Virus record (IMG/VR): IMGVR_UViG_3300008267_000013 | Coordinates: 1-64,000 of that record | Strand: one strand, 5' to 3' | DNA from: a virus | Length of the DNA stretch: 64,000 bases | Part shown: positions 50,731 through 61,270 of the stretch, piece by piece | Layout of the letters: each line of letters starts with the position of its first letter | Numbering within the stretch: the first letter of the stretch is position 1 | Notes under the pieces: model-generated | Seen by the model: the letters and a program-made list of their open reading frames with translations, nothing else | Databases searched by the model: none | What the model was told of the DNA's origin: nothing | Program-made: the position numbers and the translations under genes

Positions 50731-51351
50731 ATGGAAAACAACATCGTTAACGATCCACAAATTAATGATCGACTCCAGCAGCTTCTACAGAAACCATTAA
50801 CTCCCAAGCATTTAAATGTAATAAAATCATTTAGTGATTTCTGGAGTAAGTATCAATATTTAACTATCAAGCAAGTTTCTTTTCTGGACAATATAGAATC
50901 AAGTTATAATGATGACTATAACTCTTGGAGAGCAAACTTCGGAGATGATAAAAAAGAACTACTAAAGATGGCGGTTAACTATTACCAAAATAGTCAGTAT
51001 TTTATGGAGATTGTAAATAATTATTACATGGACAAAAATTACATTCCAACTCGTAGACAATACGAAAGAATGTGTGAGAATAAGTATGTAAAGCGAGCCA
51101 TAGGATATTACAAGTCTAATCCATTATATGAATTGGGCGACATAATTACTCCTAGAGCTCGTTATCTTTATAAAATAAGCGATACTTTAACCGTAGGTAT
51201 AATCAATAAAATTGGTGAACCTTCGTTTCTAAACGGAACCAGATTGTACGATGTAATGTGGTTAGGCGGAACAAAATTTTCTAAAATGTTTGAGAGAGAA
51301 ATAAAAATTTACAGACACCCCAAAAAGGAGAAGAAAGATGGCACAACGTAA
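50731..51351 (+). CDS. Hypothetical protein with C-terminal GD/KOW-like domain
   Basis: TTGACT-17-TAGAAT 7 nt before ATG 50731; YELGDII. Confidence 0.6.
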   Translation: MENNIVNDPQINDRLQQLLQKPLTPKHLNVIKSFSDFWSKYQYLTIKQVSFLDNIESSYNDDYNSWRANFGDDKKELLKMAVNYYQNSQYFMEIVNNYYMDKNYIPTRRQYERMCENKYVKRAIGYYKSNPLYELGDIITPRARYLYKISDTLTVGIINKIGEPSFLNGTRLYDVMWLGGTKFSKMFEREIKIYRHPKKEKKDGTT

Positions 51352-51583
51352 CATTACAGAAGATGGCAAATACTATGTTTCAACTTCTAGTTCTCAGCAA
51401 AACTGGGAGACCAAGGTGTTTATGATTGATAAGGATGGCAAGATGCTCTTTGATGTTGCTCTTGAGGAAAAGAATTATTCCAACGAACACGAGGCTGATG
51501 TTGGTCACAAGAAGGTTCTTGCAAAATGGTGTGGCAGAATCGACGCCGAGGAAGAGTTGGGTATAGGGGAAGGCGGTTATTGA
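51338..51583 (+). CDS. Hypothetical protein (WET.VF family, paralog of 50088..50333)
   Basis: WETKVF...EA..GH..VL.KW. Confidence 0.55.
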   Translation: MAQRNITEDGKYYVSTSSSQQNWETKVFMIDKDGKMLFDVALEEKNYSNEHEADVGHKKVLAKWCGRIDAEEELGIGEGGY

Positions 51584-51774
51584 TTTTGTTTGTTCCCGGT
51601 GATATTGTAGAGAAAAAATATAAACCATTTCGTCTTATAAGGCACTTTATGGTTGTCGAAGGTGAACATCCTTATTATAACTGTTATGATATTGATAGTG
51701 AAAACTTCGTAAAAAATATCCTTCTTTCTAATACATTGTTGTGGAAAGTTGAAAAATTAGCCTAGGTTTATAAT

Positions 51775-52002
51775 ATGTATAATACAGGTGATATTCTAGA
51801 AAGAATTATAATAAGTAACATAGATAGAATGAATCCTATATTTAGAGATGACAATATACATTTCTTGATAGTTGATAAAAGAGAATATTTTCTAGAAGTA
51901 TCTGGCAAGTGTGCAGTTATTTACACACTTATGTCACTAAAGACCAATCAACATCACACAATCAGTTTGAGAGATACACGTAATTGGAAAAAAGTAGCAT
52001 AA
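51775..52002 (+). CDS. GD...KVA microprotein
   Basis: YNTGDIL...HFLIV...WKKVA. Confidence 0.65.
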   Translation: MYNTGDILERIIISNIDRMNPIFRDDNIHFLIVDKREYFLEVSGKCAVIYTLMSLKTNQHHTISLRDTRNWKKVA

Positions 52003-52795
52003 TAGGTGACACCATGAGATGGAGCAGGAAGAAAAGATAAACGGAGTTGGCGATATAATAGTAGAATGTTATATGAATAGCGTTCGCGGCGAGCAACATT
52101 ATATTATAATAGATCAAAACTATTATCAATATGAATTACTGCCACTAAATGCAGCCAATAAAGATTATCAATCATCGTTCCTGTTATTAAAAAGTACGGT
52201 TGTCATGTATTATATAAGAGTCGCTTAATGAGATATAACATAGGAGATGTTATAGAAGCAGATTATGTATCGCATAAGCAAATATATTACATTAAAGATA
52301 TAATAGCAGATGAATACATACTAAGAACAATAGATGGTGATTTACAAAGAGATCTTCATTGTCTGCTAACAAATGTTAGCAATATAACGTACAAAAAGGT
52401 TGATATGTCGCTTACTAAAGATATGATGATATCAGTAGATTCAGAAATTCAATATTATAGCAACCAAGAACTAATTACTTATAATATATCATATACTGAA
52501 TTAAACAATAAATATCCTAATTCTTATTTTAAATACAGAGTAGATCGTAGTACAGAAGAGCTATTAACCAGAGGATTAGAACCATCTGATGCCAGTAAAA
52601 GCAGAGGTGATAGTTAATGTAGGTGATATTATTAAAGTAAAGAGTGCTGAAACAGAATTCAGTGGCCTCTACCTAGTATTAGAAATAAAATCAACTCAAG
52701 GAATAAAAATATATAATCTGCAGGATCTAAGATTCCCAGACACATTCTGGACTTTTTTTAGCGATGATGATATATTGGAAATACTGGCGTAAAAA

Positions 52796-53032
52796 ATGAT
52801 GCCTTCACACGATAGATTAAGAGAAGTAAGATACGATGTGGGCGATCTTGTCAAACGTTATAATATGCTTGACTCGGATAAAGAGGCCACATCATGCGTA
52901 TATTTAATACTAGCTGTAAATATCGATGAAGAAGGTTGGGTCTGGTACTACTGCTACAGTTTCGGATCAGGTACATATCGTGAATTTTTGATGGATGATA
53001 ATTCCGCTCGTAAATATGTTAAATTAGCGTAG
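52796..53032 (+). CDS. GD...KLA microprotein
   Basis: YDVGDLV...YLIL...YVKLA. Confidence 0.65.
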   Translation: MMPSHDRLREVRYDVGDLVKRYNMLDSDKEATSCVYLILAVNIDEEGWVWYYCYSFGSGTYREFLMDDNSARKYVKLA

Positions 53033-53261
53033 AAAAGAGGACATATGCGTAAATTTAAAGATGGTGATAAGGTATCTGTTAAATCGTGTGAAGAATTAGA
53101 GATGCCATGCAGCGTTGAGGGTCTTGATGATTGGATTCCAAAATTAACCTCTTTGGATGGTCGTACTATTTATATGTATAAAGTAACTGGTCGTCACGCA
53201 AAGCGCGGTAATGCAGTATCGGTTCGCGTATCAGAAAGTCAATTAGAACTTTGGAGTTAAT

Positions 53262-53447
53262 ATGAAAAGTTTTGAGTTGGGTGATATTGTACATGATTTT
53301 GAATATGACCAATATTATCTAATCACACACATTAAACAATCAGATACATATAAGTACCTGTATTCATTGATGGATTTAGAAGATTCATCAAGAGTTATAG
53401 GGGCATCACTAGCAAATCTTAAAAAATTATACAAGAAGGTAGCATAA
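53262..53447 (+). CDS. GD...KVA microprotein
   Basis: FELGDIV...YYLI...YKKVA. Confidence 0.65.
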   Translation: MKSFELGDIVHDFEYDQYYLITHIKQSDTYKYLYSLMDLEDSSRVIGASLANLKKLYKKVA

Positions 53448-54046
53448 AATGAGCTCCGAAAGATGGATAAGATTGATATTATCATCCATAGTTGGAGCAA
53501 CTGCTTATGTAATTATAGCAGTTATATACACGCATTATAAAACTCACGATAAATATACGGTCTATAATAAGTCGCCGCTAACAATAGGGCCGTATAAAAA
53601 ATGAGCAACGAGCGAATATTTAAGCCGGGGGATATAATAAAGTATATACCAGACAAAGATAGCAAGATAAAAGAAGCCTTTGAACAGGAACTATATATAG
53701 TTATATCAGCTGGTCCTTATATATTTGAAGAGGGTTTCCAAATGGTTGAAAAAATGCATCTGATATCTGGTGTTATACAGATGCGTCCCATAATGATTAA
53801 TAGATGGGAAATATTGGCTTGAAGTTTAGAGTAGGTGATATAATAAGAGCAATCAATAAATCAACTGGTATATATGTTCACTTCCTAATTTATAGGATTG
53901 AAAAGTGGCACTATGTAGCTTACTGTATTGAAGATGGTATGCCAAGCGTATCAATCAGTCCAATATACGATAATGATTTTGAAAAGGTTGCTTAGATCAG
54001 TAAGTTGTGCTATAGTATTTAAACTAACTAACTCAAGGAGGAAAAT

Positions 54047-54271
54047 ATGAGCAAAGTTAGCATCGTACTAAGTATTGCCGTTGGATTGTGGTCAGCGACT
54101 GCTCTTGGAGTCGGTACCGCATGGTTGTTCAGTAGAACTAGACCAGTACAAGTTGTAAGACTCGACAATAACTGTGTAACTGTTCAGCAGGGTATGTTTC
54201 ACCGACTAGAATGTTATAACAGCAATGTTCCACCTCATGATCCCGTGGAACAGATTGGTTATGCAGAGTAA
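54047..54271 (+). CDS. Small membrane/secreted protein interrupting the array
   Basis: AGGAGG RBS, N-terminal hydrophobic helix, terminator at about 54297-54325. Confidence 0.6.
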   Translation: MSKVSIVLSIAVGLWSATALGVGTAWLFSRTRPVQVVRLDNNCVTVQQGMFHRLECYNSNVPPHDPVEQIGYAE

Positions 54272-54780
54272 TAATAAATAGATATAGCCAATTCAGCGGC
54301 TGGTGTGTGAACACCAGCCGTTTTTATTATCTGCTTGACAACAAACATACGTTGACCTATACTATCAACACGATGGATACACCACAGGTTGGCGACATAT
54401 GGAAGAACAACTGGTCAAGTAACCTCAACACACATAATTGCGGCGAAACTCACTACCTATTGATAAAGAAGGTAGAGCCCGACAACTCCAAGGATACAAA
54501 GTGGGTAGCATTTTCTTATAAGAGATATAAGGAAGTACTCATCTATATTGATAACTATTCAAATGAGATAGTTACAAATAGTTTCACAAGGGTATCTTGA
54601 TATGCTATCATCAACTATAGAACCTGGTGACATCTGGAAGAATGATAACTCACAATTCCATAATATCATTATTGAACCCGACATCGTAAACCCTTGGTGG
54701 ATTACATGGGTTATTGAATTGGGCGAATATAATCTCTATCATAAAGATGATTTTGATATGCGTTGGTGGAGGAAAGTAGC

Positions 54781-54984
54781 ATGAGTAGCAGAGACGCAAA
54801 GTGGGATGTTGGCGATATTATCAGAGAAGAATGGGGTGACGAATCAAGGCATTTCCTAATAATGAGTGTATGTTTGTGGGAAACAAGTATTGATACTTAT
54901 GAGTGTCGTGTTTTAGAGACAGGACAAACCATGAACATAACTCCACATTATAGTCCACCAAACATGTTGAGAAAAGTCGCATGA
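54781..54984 (+). CDS. GD...KVA microprotein
   Basis: WDVGDII...HFLI...LETG...LRKVA. Confidence 0.65.
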   Translation: MSSRDAKWDVGDIIREEWGDESRHFLIMSVCLWETSIDTYECRVLETGQTMNITPHYSPPNMLRKVA

Positions 54985-55204
54985 GGACTCTTAAATTCAG
55001 CATCGGAGATATCATAACACGCGGCAAGCCACACCATGATATGTTCAAAGATAATTGGCGTAAGTTCTATCTTATACATGATATAATCTATGAAGAAGAG
55101 CAAAAAGAATATAGATATTGTTTATACAGTTTCCAAACAGGTTCTTGGAGCGGCTATTTCCCAGCAGGTGAACTTGTAGAACCTTTTCTATTCAAGGTAG
55201 CCTA

Positions 55205-55384
55205 ATGAATCCACAAGTTGGTGACATATGGAAGATAGGAGATCACTATCATTATCTTGTCTTAGAAGAGAGACTTGACTACTGGGGGGAGAAGCAGTAT
55301 TATATGTACATCCTTGAGAGAGACATGTACGACTGCCTCTCATTAGATTTAATAGAGTGATGGAATGGTACAAAAGTGGTGTAA
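55205..55384 (+). pseudogene. GD microprotein with in-frame TGA at 55358
   Basis: MNPQVGDIWK...HYLVL...LIE*WNGTKVV*. Confidence 0.55.
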
Positions 55385-56409
55385 ATGTCTAAACCTCATC
55401 AAGTTGGTGATGTTGTCATGGTTGAAAATGACTGGATTGCTTATGAGAATGGTAGTTTGGTTTACGAAACAGGACAAAATCATTATCTTATACTTGAACG
55501 CTGCGATTATACCTGTACCTATACAACGATTCATCTGCAAAGCGGCAAGCATATCCTTACAAGTATGTTAGATAACGCAACAAAGGTCGCCTAATGGAAC
55601 TCAAGAATATCCTACTTCTCGATAAAAACAAGAAAGTGTATTATACACATTATGAAGTTGGAGATATTCTTAGACACGAAGCAGAAATTAGTGCTCATTA
55701 TCTGGTAGAAGATATACGCGTAGAAGATAATCTTGGAGTTTACTCGCTTAGAGTTCTTGAAAATAACGATATCTTTTCATGGGACGTAGAAATAGTAGAT
55801 AAAGCCCGCAAAATCAAGAGGGTCGCATGATGGAACACCAATACGAGCCCGGTGATATTCTTGCAGTTGATGAACCTTGGTCCAATGAAACATTTTATTA
55901 CTTGATAGAGGGTGAGCTTGATTCTGTTCATGCGTACATGGAATTAATGTATCCTTACCGCTGTCTAAGTGATGGCAAGACAGGATGGGGTAAATTCAAT
56001 GCGCCTTCAACAAGGAAAGTCGCATGATGAATATGTTCCAAATAGGTGATATAGTAAAATGTACAACTACTAACATGATAGAACACATGCTCATACTTGA
56101 CACACAACCAGACTACTGGTATATTGTCCTGTGTCTAGAATCCGGCTTTACAAAAACACATAAGATGTGGCCGAATCAAATCCCAAGAGTATATATGAAG
56201 GTCGCATGATGTTTAAAACCAAGTATCAGATTGGCGACATTATCGAGGGTAGTCACATACCTGGCGCAAAAATACACCTGCTAATTGAAAACATTACCTA
56301 TATGGGCAAGAAGCCATTTGAGTATTGTGTACGGAATCTTGAAGAAGATTTGATATATGAAAAGTCAGTAGAAAGAACCGATAAAAGTCTTTATTACAAC
56401 AAGGTTGGC

Positions 56410-56934
56410 TAGCTTGACAACCCTAACCTCTTGCGCTACTATACAACCATGACGCCACGATACGAACCCGGCGATATCCTTCACCATTCAGGTATGGAAG
56501 GTATTGAGTTTTATTGTTTGGTGATGGACGTTGAGACCGTATCAAACTGTATTATAAACGGTAACTACGAACATCGTAGAATTTATACTCTTCTTTGTAT
56601 GGATGACGGAGAAGTGTATAGATTCAATACAGCAAACATTGATTGTAGTGTTTATTATAGGAAGGTTGCGTAGCTTGACAACCATCACTTCTTGAGGCAC
56701 TATACAACCATGAAGCCCCGATACGAACCCGGTGACATCCTTTATCATCAAGGCAGCGGCTTTGGTGAATTTTATTGTTTAGTTATGGATATCGAACACA
56801 AGACAAGACCAGATCCAAGAGGTAGAAAGTGGCCTTTTGATGTCTACGTTCTTCTTGGTATGGATGACGGCGAGACTTATACAATAAGTACTCAAAATAT
56901 TGACTGTAGTGTATACTATAAAAAGGTTGCATGA
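56410..56934 (+). repeat. Tandem duplication (~261 bp unit) of promoter plus GD...KVA gene
   Basis: TAGCTTGACAACC...ACTATACAACCATGA.GCC.CGATACGAACCCGG in both units; CDS 56449..56673 and 56710..56934. Confidence 0.85.
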
Positions 56935-57331
56935 CAAAGTATCAGATAGGCGATATCATCCGTGTTGAAGTTTCTCACAGAGAAGAACCACTCATCTTCT
57001 TGATTGAAGATATTATAAATGAAAATCGGCGCGATGCCGCCCTATATTGTGTTAGAGATTTAGAATCAAACGAGACAAAGAAAGTGTTTAGCAACACCCT
57101 AGATAAACGCGATCTAACCGTTTGGAAGGTGACCTAATGGAACCTCAAACTGGGGACATATGGGAATACAATTTCGACACACCAGATTATCACTTAACAT
57201 ATAACCTGTTGGTGCTAGGGAGCGGCATCATGTTCAGCAATTATTATCTGTGTCTTATACTAGAAACAGGTAGCATACAAGAGGCAAGTTTCATGCCAAC
57301 ACCCAAAGAAACATACGAGAAGGTTGCATGA

Positions 57332-58685
57332 TTTAAAAAACGAATAGGTAGAAGAAGTAGGAGGACGGGGGGGTCACAAAACCAAAGAAGGTACTATTTA
57401 TATATAGAAAACAAAGATAGGTTCCATGCTGAGAAGACGCACGGTGATCACCACAAAAGAAAAGGTGATCCACAGCCAAGCGGACGCATGGACTGTGTCC
57501 ATCTTCAAAGTGCAAACGAACCAGTTGATGGACGCCGGAAGCAGGATCTGAACCCTGAACCGGCTAAAAAGAGAATGAAAAACCCCACAGTCCACAGGGC
57601 GTGGAACCCCTGATAGTTTTCAAGAGGCGGCAATCACCAGGGACAAAAGATTGCTGACCACTTGGTTGGACAGATCAACTGGGGGTTTTGTTATTAAACT
57701 AAAAGCTGGTTAGGCCCATGGTGCTGATGATGGAGCCGCAAACTAACAAACAAAAAAAGATCCAGCCACCAGTAGAGGTAGGAGGACCAGTCCCAGTCAT
57801 AGAAGTAGAAGATCCTGGAGAGAGGTGAGGTATAGCACTACAAGTAGAGTAGGATAAGCACTAGTGCCAGTAGAGGTAGGAGTATACCAGGAGGGGAGGG
57901 AGTAGAGGGGAAACAAATAGATCCCATACCCACCCATCCATAAGGTAGAGGGAGTAGGGGGAGGGGTATGACTAGGTAAAGTTCTATAGCAAACCCAGTA
58001 TAATAAAAAGTGGACGAGATGGACCGGCGAAGCGGTCCTGCTCTCCCAGTTGAGGAAGAGGAAAGAATCAGATGCTAGTAAATAAGCATACTGCCCTTAT
58101 ACAATAGGTTGTGGTAATTGAAAAAAAGGTATACAATTGCTTATTATAAGTTATTATCTACTGGTTAAATGTGGCAATTGGTGTCAAAGCGGGGCAAGAA
58201 GTGGCATCGAGTGCCAACACAGCTTTAGCCCTTATTTTATAGGGTTTTCGAACAAGCCCATCCGGAAACCCCTTATTTTAAGCTAGATTGTGATAAATTT
58301 TATTTTTATAACATGGATCCCCTATAGATTAAGACATAATAGAATAGCCCCTTCACCATTAAGCCTAAAATAAGGCAAAACGTGATTTCACAAAATGCCT
58401 TAAAATAAGGCACTTCCGAATATTAGACGTATATGTTGAATATATGATAAATATATATTATATGCGGCACCCCTACTCTAATAAATTTAGTATACCACCG
58501 ATGTTGGCAGGTGTCCAGTAGCGTCTATTCAATAGATATGGAAAAAGGGTAAAGGGTGGGGGCTAGCCGGGTCAGTAGTCCTTTTTTTTGTTAGATAGGG
58601 CAGGAAGAAAAAAGGATATAGCAGGGGCCTAGCCCCCTCCGCTCCCCCCTTTATTAACAGGGGAGGGAAGGCTTGACTCGCGGTG
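57332..58685. other. Non-coding convergence region with purine tracts and a 4-box dyad (possible origin or packaging terminus)
   Basis: No credible long ORF; strand switch; TAAAATAAGG boxes x4. Confidence 0.5.
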
Positions 58686-59747
58686 CTACTCCTTCTTCTT
58701 GACACCCGCCAGCATGGAGGTGATGAACGGCTTGACACCCTCCTGCTTGTGGAACTTGAGAACAAACGGAAGCAGTCCCTTGCTGCTGTTCATGTTGGTG
58801 TAGAACTTCATAGCTGCCTCAGAGGGCAGGGAGAGGAAGTACTTGCGGAGGTTTTCCATATGGTCAGCCTCCATACTGTCACCCAGCTTGCCGCTGTCGA
58901 TGATCTTGTCAACCATCGCAACGTGATCGTTCAGCTTCCAGCCCTTCGTCTTTGCCTTGCCCTCCAGAATATCCTCAACCGTCACCTGAGACTCATACTT
59001 ATCGGCAAAGTCTCGGAAAGAAACAGCCGCCTCGAAACCAACGAAACCCGTGGAGATATTGAAAACAGTTGAAAGGTTACGCTTGAAATCACCCTCCATC
59101 AGCTTGCCAGCCTCAATTGTGCGGCTCAATCGCTCCCAGCTACGACGGGAGGGATAAACCTTGCCCGGTTCAAACTCCTTTGTATGCTCAAGGTGCGCCT
59201 TATTGTGTCGGATAAAATCAACAAGGATGGGGTTGCAGCGATCCTTTGCATAATCAATCCAATCCTCAACAGACGGCTCAACATCAAAAACAGTCCAGCG
59301 GTCCAGTTCGGCAGGGTCCATATCGTTGACCTGATACTGAGCAGCGTGGATTCCACCGTTGACAGCAGCAAACAGCAGGGTATCGGGATGCAGCCTGTGA
59401 CCATTAAGCTGTCGGCTGTCCGCAAGCTGGAAGAAGCCCTGCCGCACCTCAGTTGTCGCACGGTCAATCTCGTCCATGAACAGGACAACAGCCTCGCTGC
59501 ACGCACGCTTGTACCAATCGGGGGGATTCCAAGCGGTCGAATCGCCGTCAATAACAGGCAAGCCAACAAGATCGCCCTCGCTCATCTGCGAGGCTCGACG
59601 TTCCACTACCGGCAAACCCTTCTTCTCGGCAAACTGGTACACCAGTTCACTCTTGCCGACACCGTGACGACCCCGGATCATAACAGGGTAACGGCTATCA
59701 GCGATCATGTGGACAAAAGAATTAAACGTCTTGAAATCAACAGCCAT
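58686..59747 (-). CDS. MoxR-like AAA+ ATPase
   Basis: GRHGVGKS Walker A, DLVGLP, LFMDEIDRA, AAVN, DPAELDRW, PSRRSW. Confidence 0.88.
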   Translation of the reverse strand: MAVDFKTFNSFVHMIADSRYPVMIRGRHGVGKSELVYQFAEKKGLPVVERRASQMSEGDLVGLPVIDGDSTAWNPPDWYKRACSEAVVLFMDEIDRATTEVRQGFFQLADSRQLNGHRLHPDTLLFAAVNGGIHAAQYQVNDMDPAELDRWTVFDVEPSVEDWIDYAKDRCNPILVDFIRHNKAHLEHTKEFEPGKVYPSRRSWERLSRTIEAGKLMEGDFKRNLSTVFNISTGFVGFEAAVSFRDFADKYESQVTVEDILEGKAKTKGWKLNDHVAMVDKIIDSGKLGDSMEADHMENLRKYFLSLPSEAAMKFYTNMNSSKGLLPFVLKFHKQEGVKPFITSMLAGVKKKE

Positions 59748-59966
59748 TGTCGGACCTCGTTGACGGCTCCATGCCGTCCATGTGGGAGAAGTTACAACGT
59801 GCAGATGGGGTTGTCAAGCAGTTGGTGGGTGGTGCATCAGCCGCGAACAGGTACACAATATTGCATGGGGGGGTTGGTGTCAAGTTGAGCGATCATATAA
59901 AAAGGGATGGGCTGCGGGGCTAGCCCCCCTTCAAGCACCTTTTATCGGTGCCATCGGGGGTACACT

Positions 59967-61139
59967 TTAACCCTTCTTGCTATTCTTCACTTCAACAACA
60001 ATCTCGTTTGTCTGGAAGTATGGACTCTCCTTACCGGCACGGTCAGTCATCCACATACGTCGGACACGGCAAGGAACAGGCGCAGGAGCCTGCATATCGG
60101 TTAAAACAATAAGCCCATCAATTTCGGGGTGCTTGTTGACCCACTTGGTTGGTGCATCGAAGTCGGTGCCGCCGCACATAACACGCTCAGTCCTGTGCTT
60201 CTGTCCTTTCTTCCATTCATACACCAGCTTATCGCCTACCTCAGTATCAAAAGGTACAACGGTGAAAGTTACCAGCTTCGACAGACCATTCAATTCAGCA
60301 AAGAACATGGAAAGCATCTCGTCGCTAACAGAACCGCTCTGGTCAATAGCAATTGCAATATGTGCAGAATGGTTTGTCTTGCGACCGGGATGGATATATG
60401 GGAACCGCTTGTTGATACGCTTGATTGTGTTGGAACGATTCGCCCGCTGTGCGTTGCCAATAAAGTTGCGGAGGATTGCACGCCAATCAACCGATCCGTT
60501 GACGAATTGCAGGATCGCCCGCTTAACGTCCTCGTGCATATTGCCGAATCCACGGCTAGACTTGGAGGCTTCCTCGACGCCCTTCTTCATAGCCTCACGC
60601 AGACGCTCCCGTGCAATAGCCTTGCTGTCACCGTTCGCCTCGTTCTCTCCCCATCCATCGTGATCGTCAAAGGAATCCTGACCATCACCAAAGTTGGGAT
60701 CATTCTCTGCCTTCTCCTCCAACAGCTTCATATATTGTTCAGCCGAGAGGTAATCATCGAAACCAAACTTGGACGGGAAAACACCAAACTCTGGAATCTC
60801 GTCCTTGATATGGCAGTTGATCGACATATCAGTTGCCATGTTCCACATACGGCTCACTTGCTTGCCATCAGGGTTGCGGCTCAATACGTGTTCAAAGATC
60901 AAGTGGTAGAACTCATGCTTGAGAACACCCGTTCGCTGCTTGTCGGGCAATCCATCAAAGAACGCTTGGTTGTATGCCATATCAAAGAAGCCGTCATCGG
61001 TGATACGAACACCAGCAGTAGGAATATTATTGTTAGGGTGCTTGTTGACAGACCGGCTCATAGCAGCAAAGAATGGCTCCTCACGCAGAAGCCGGAAAAC
61101 ATCATGCTCAAGGTTGTAGTCGCTCAAGGTTGTCTCCAT
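59967..61139 (-). CDS. DUF2201-like metallopeptidase/VWA protein
   Basis: PTAGV, KHEFYH, WNMATDMSIN, DDHDGW, IDQSGS MIDAS, GGTDF, LTD. Confidence 0.88.
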   Translation of the reverse strand: METTLSDYNLEHDVFRLLREEPFFAAMSRSVNKHPNNNIPTAGVRITDDGFFDMAYNQAFFDGLPDKQRTGVLKHEFYHLIFEHVLSRNPDGKQVSRMWNMATDMSINCHIKDEIPEFGVFPSKFGFDDYLSAEQYMKLLEEKAENDPNFGDGQDSFDDHDGWGENEANGDSKAIARERLREAMKKGVEEASKSSRGFGNMHEDVKRAILQFVNGSVDWRAILRNFIGNAQRANRSNTIKRINKRFPYIHPGRKTNHSAHIAIAIDQSGSVSDEMLSMFFAELNGLSKLVTFTVVPFDTEVGDKLVYEWKKGQKHRTERVMCGGTDFDAPTKWVNKHPEIDGLIVLTDMQAPAPVPCRVRRMWMTDRAGKESPYFQTNEIVVEVKNSKKG

Positions 61140-61270
61140 GCCGCTCTGTGCGGCGTCCAGTCAATCTATGGCAAGCATCGGCACTTGTCAAGCTGGGCTG
61201 GTGGAAAAAAGATGGGTCAGAGGGGGCTGGTCCCCCTTCACCACCGTTTATTGGTGGCTCGGGGCGGCAG

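Larger units (their letters stand above)
51580..57331 (+). repeat. Tandem array of 24 divergent KOW/SH3-like microprotein genes (GD[ILV]...[KR]VA-stop)
   Basis: Starts 51580, 51775, 52019, 52228, 52607, 52796, 53045, 53262, 53601, 53819, 54373, 54602, 54781, 54981, 55205, 55385, 55594, 55827, 56024, 56206, 56449, 56710, 56931, 57137. Confidence 0.8.

Noticed and set aside
51580-57331. Integron cassette array or DGR as source of the microprotein array
   Set aside because: No attC-like palindromes, integrase, reverse transcriptase or adenine-specific TR/VR pair in the window
57332-58685. CRISPR array or coding ORFs (57333, 57398, 58529) in the gap
   Set aside because: No regularly spaced 25-40 nt repeats; ORFs are short, low-complexity and lack RBS
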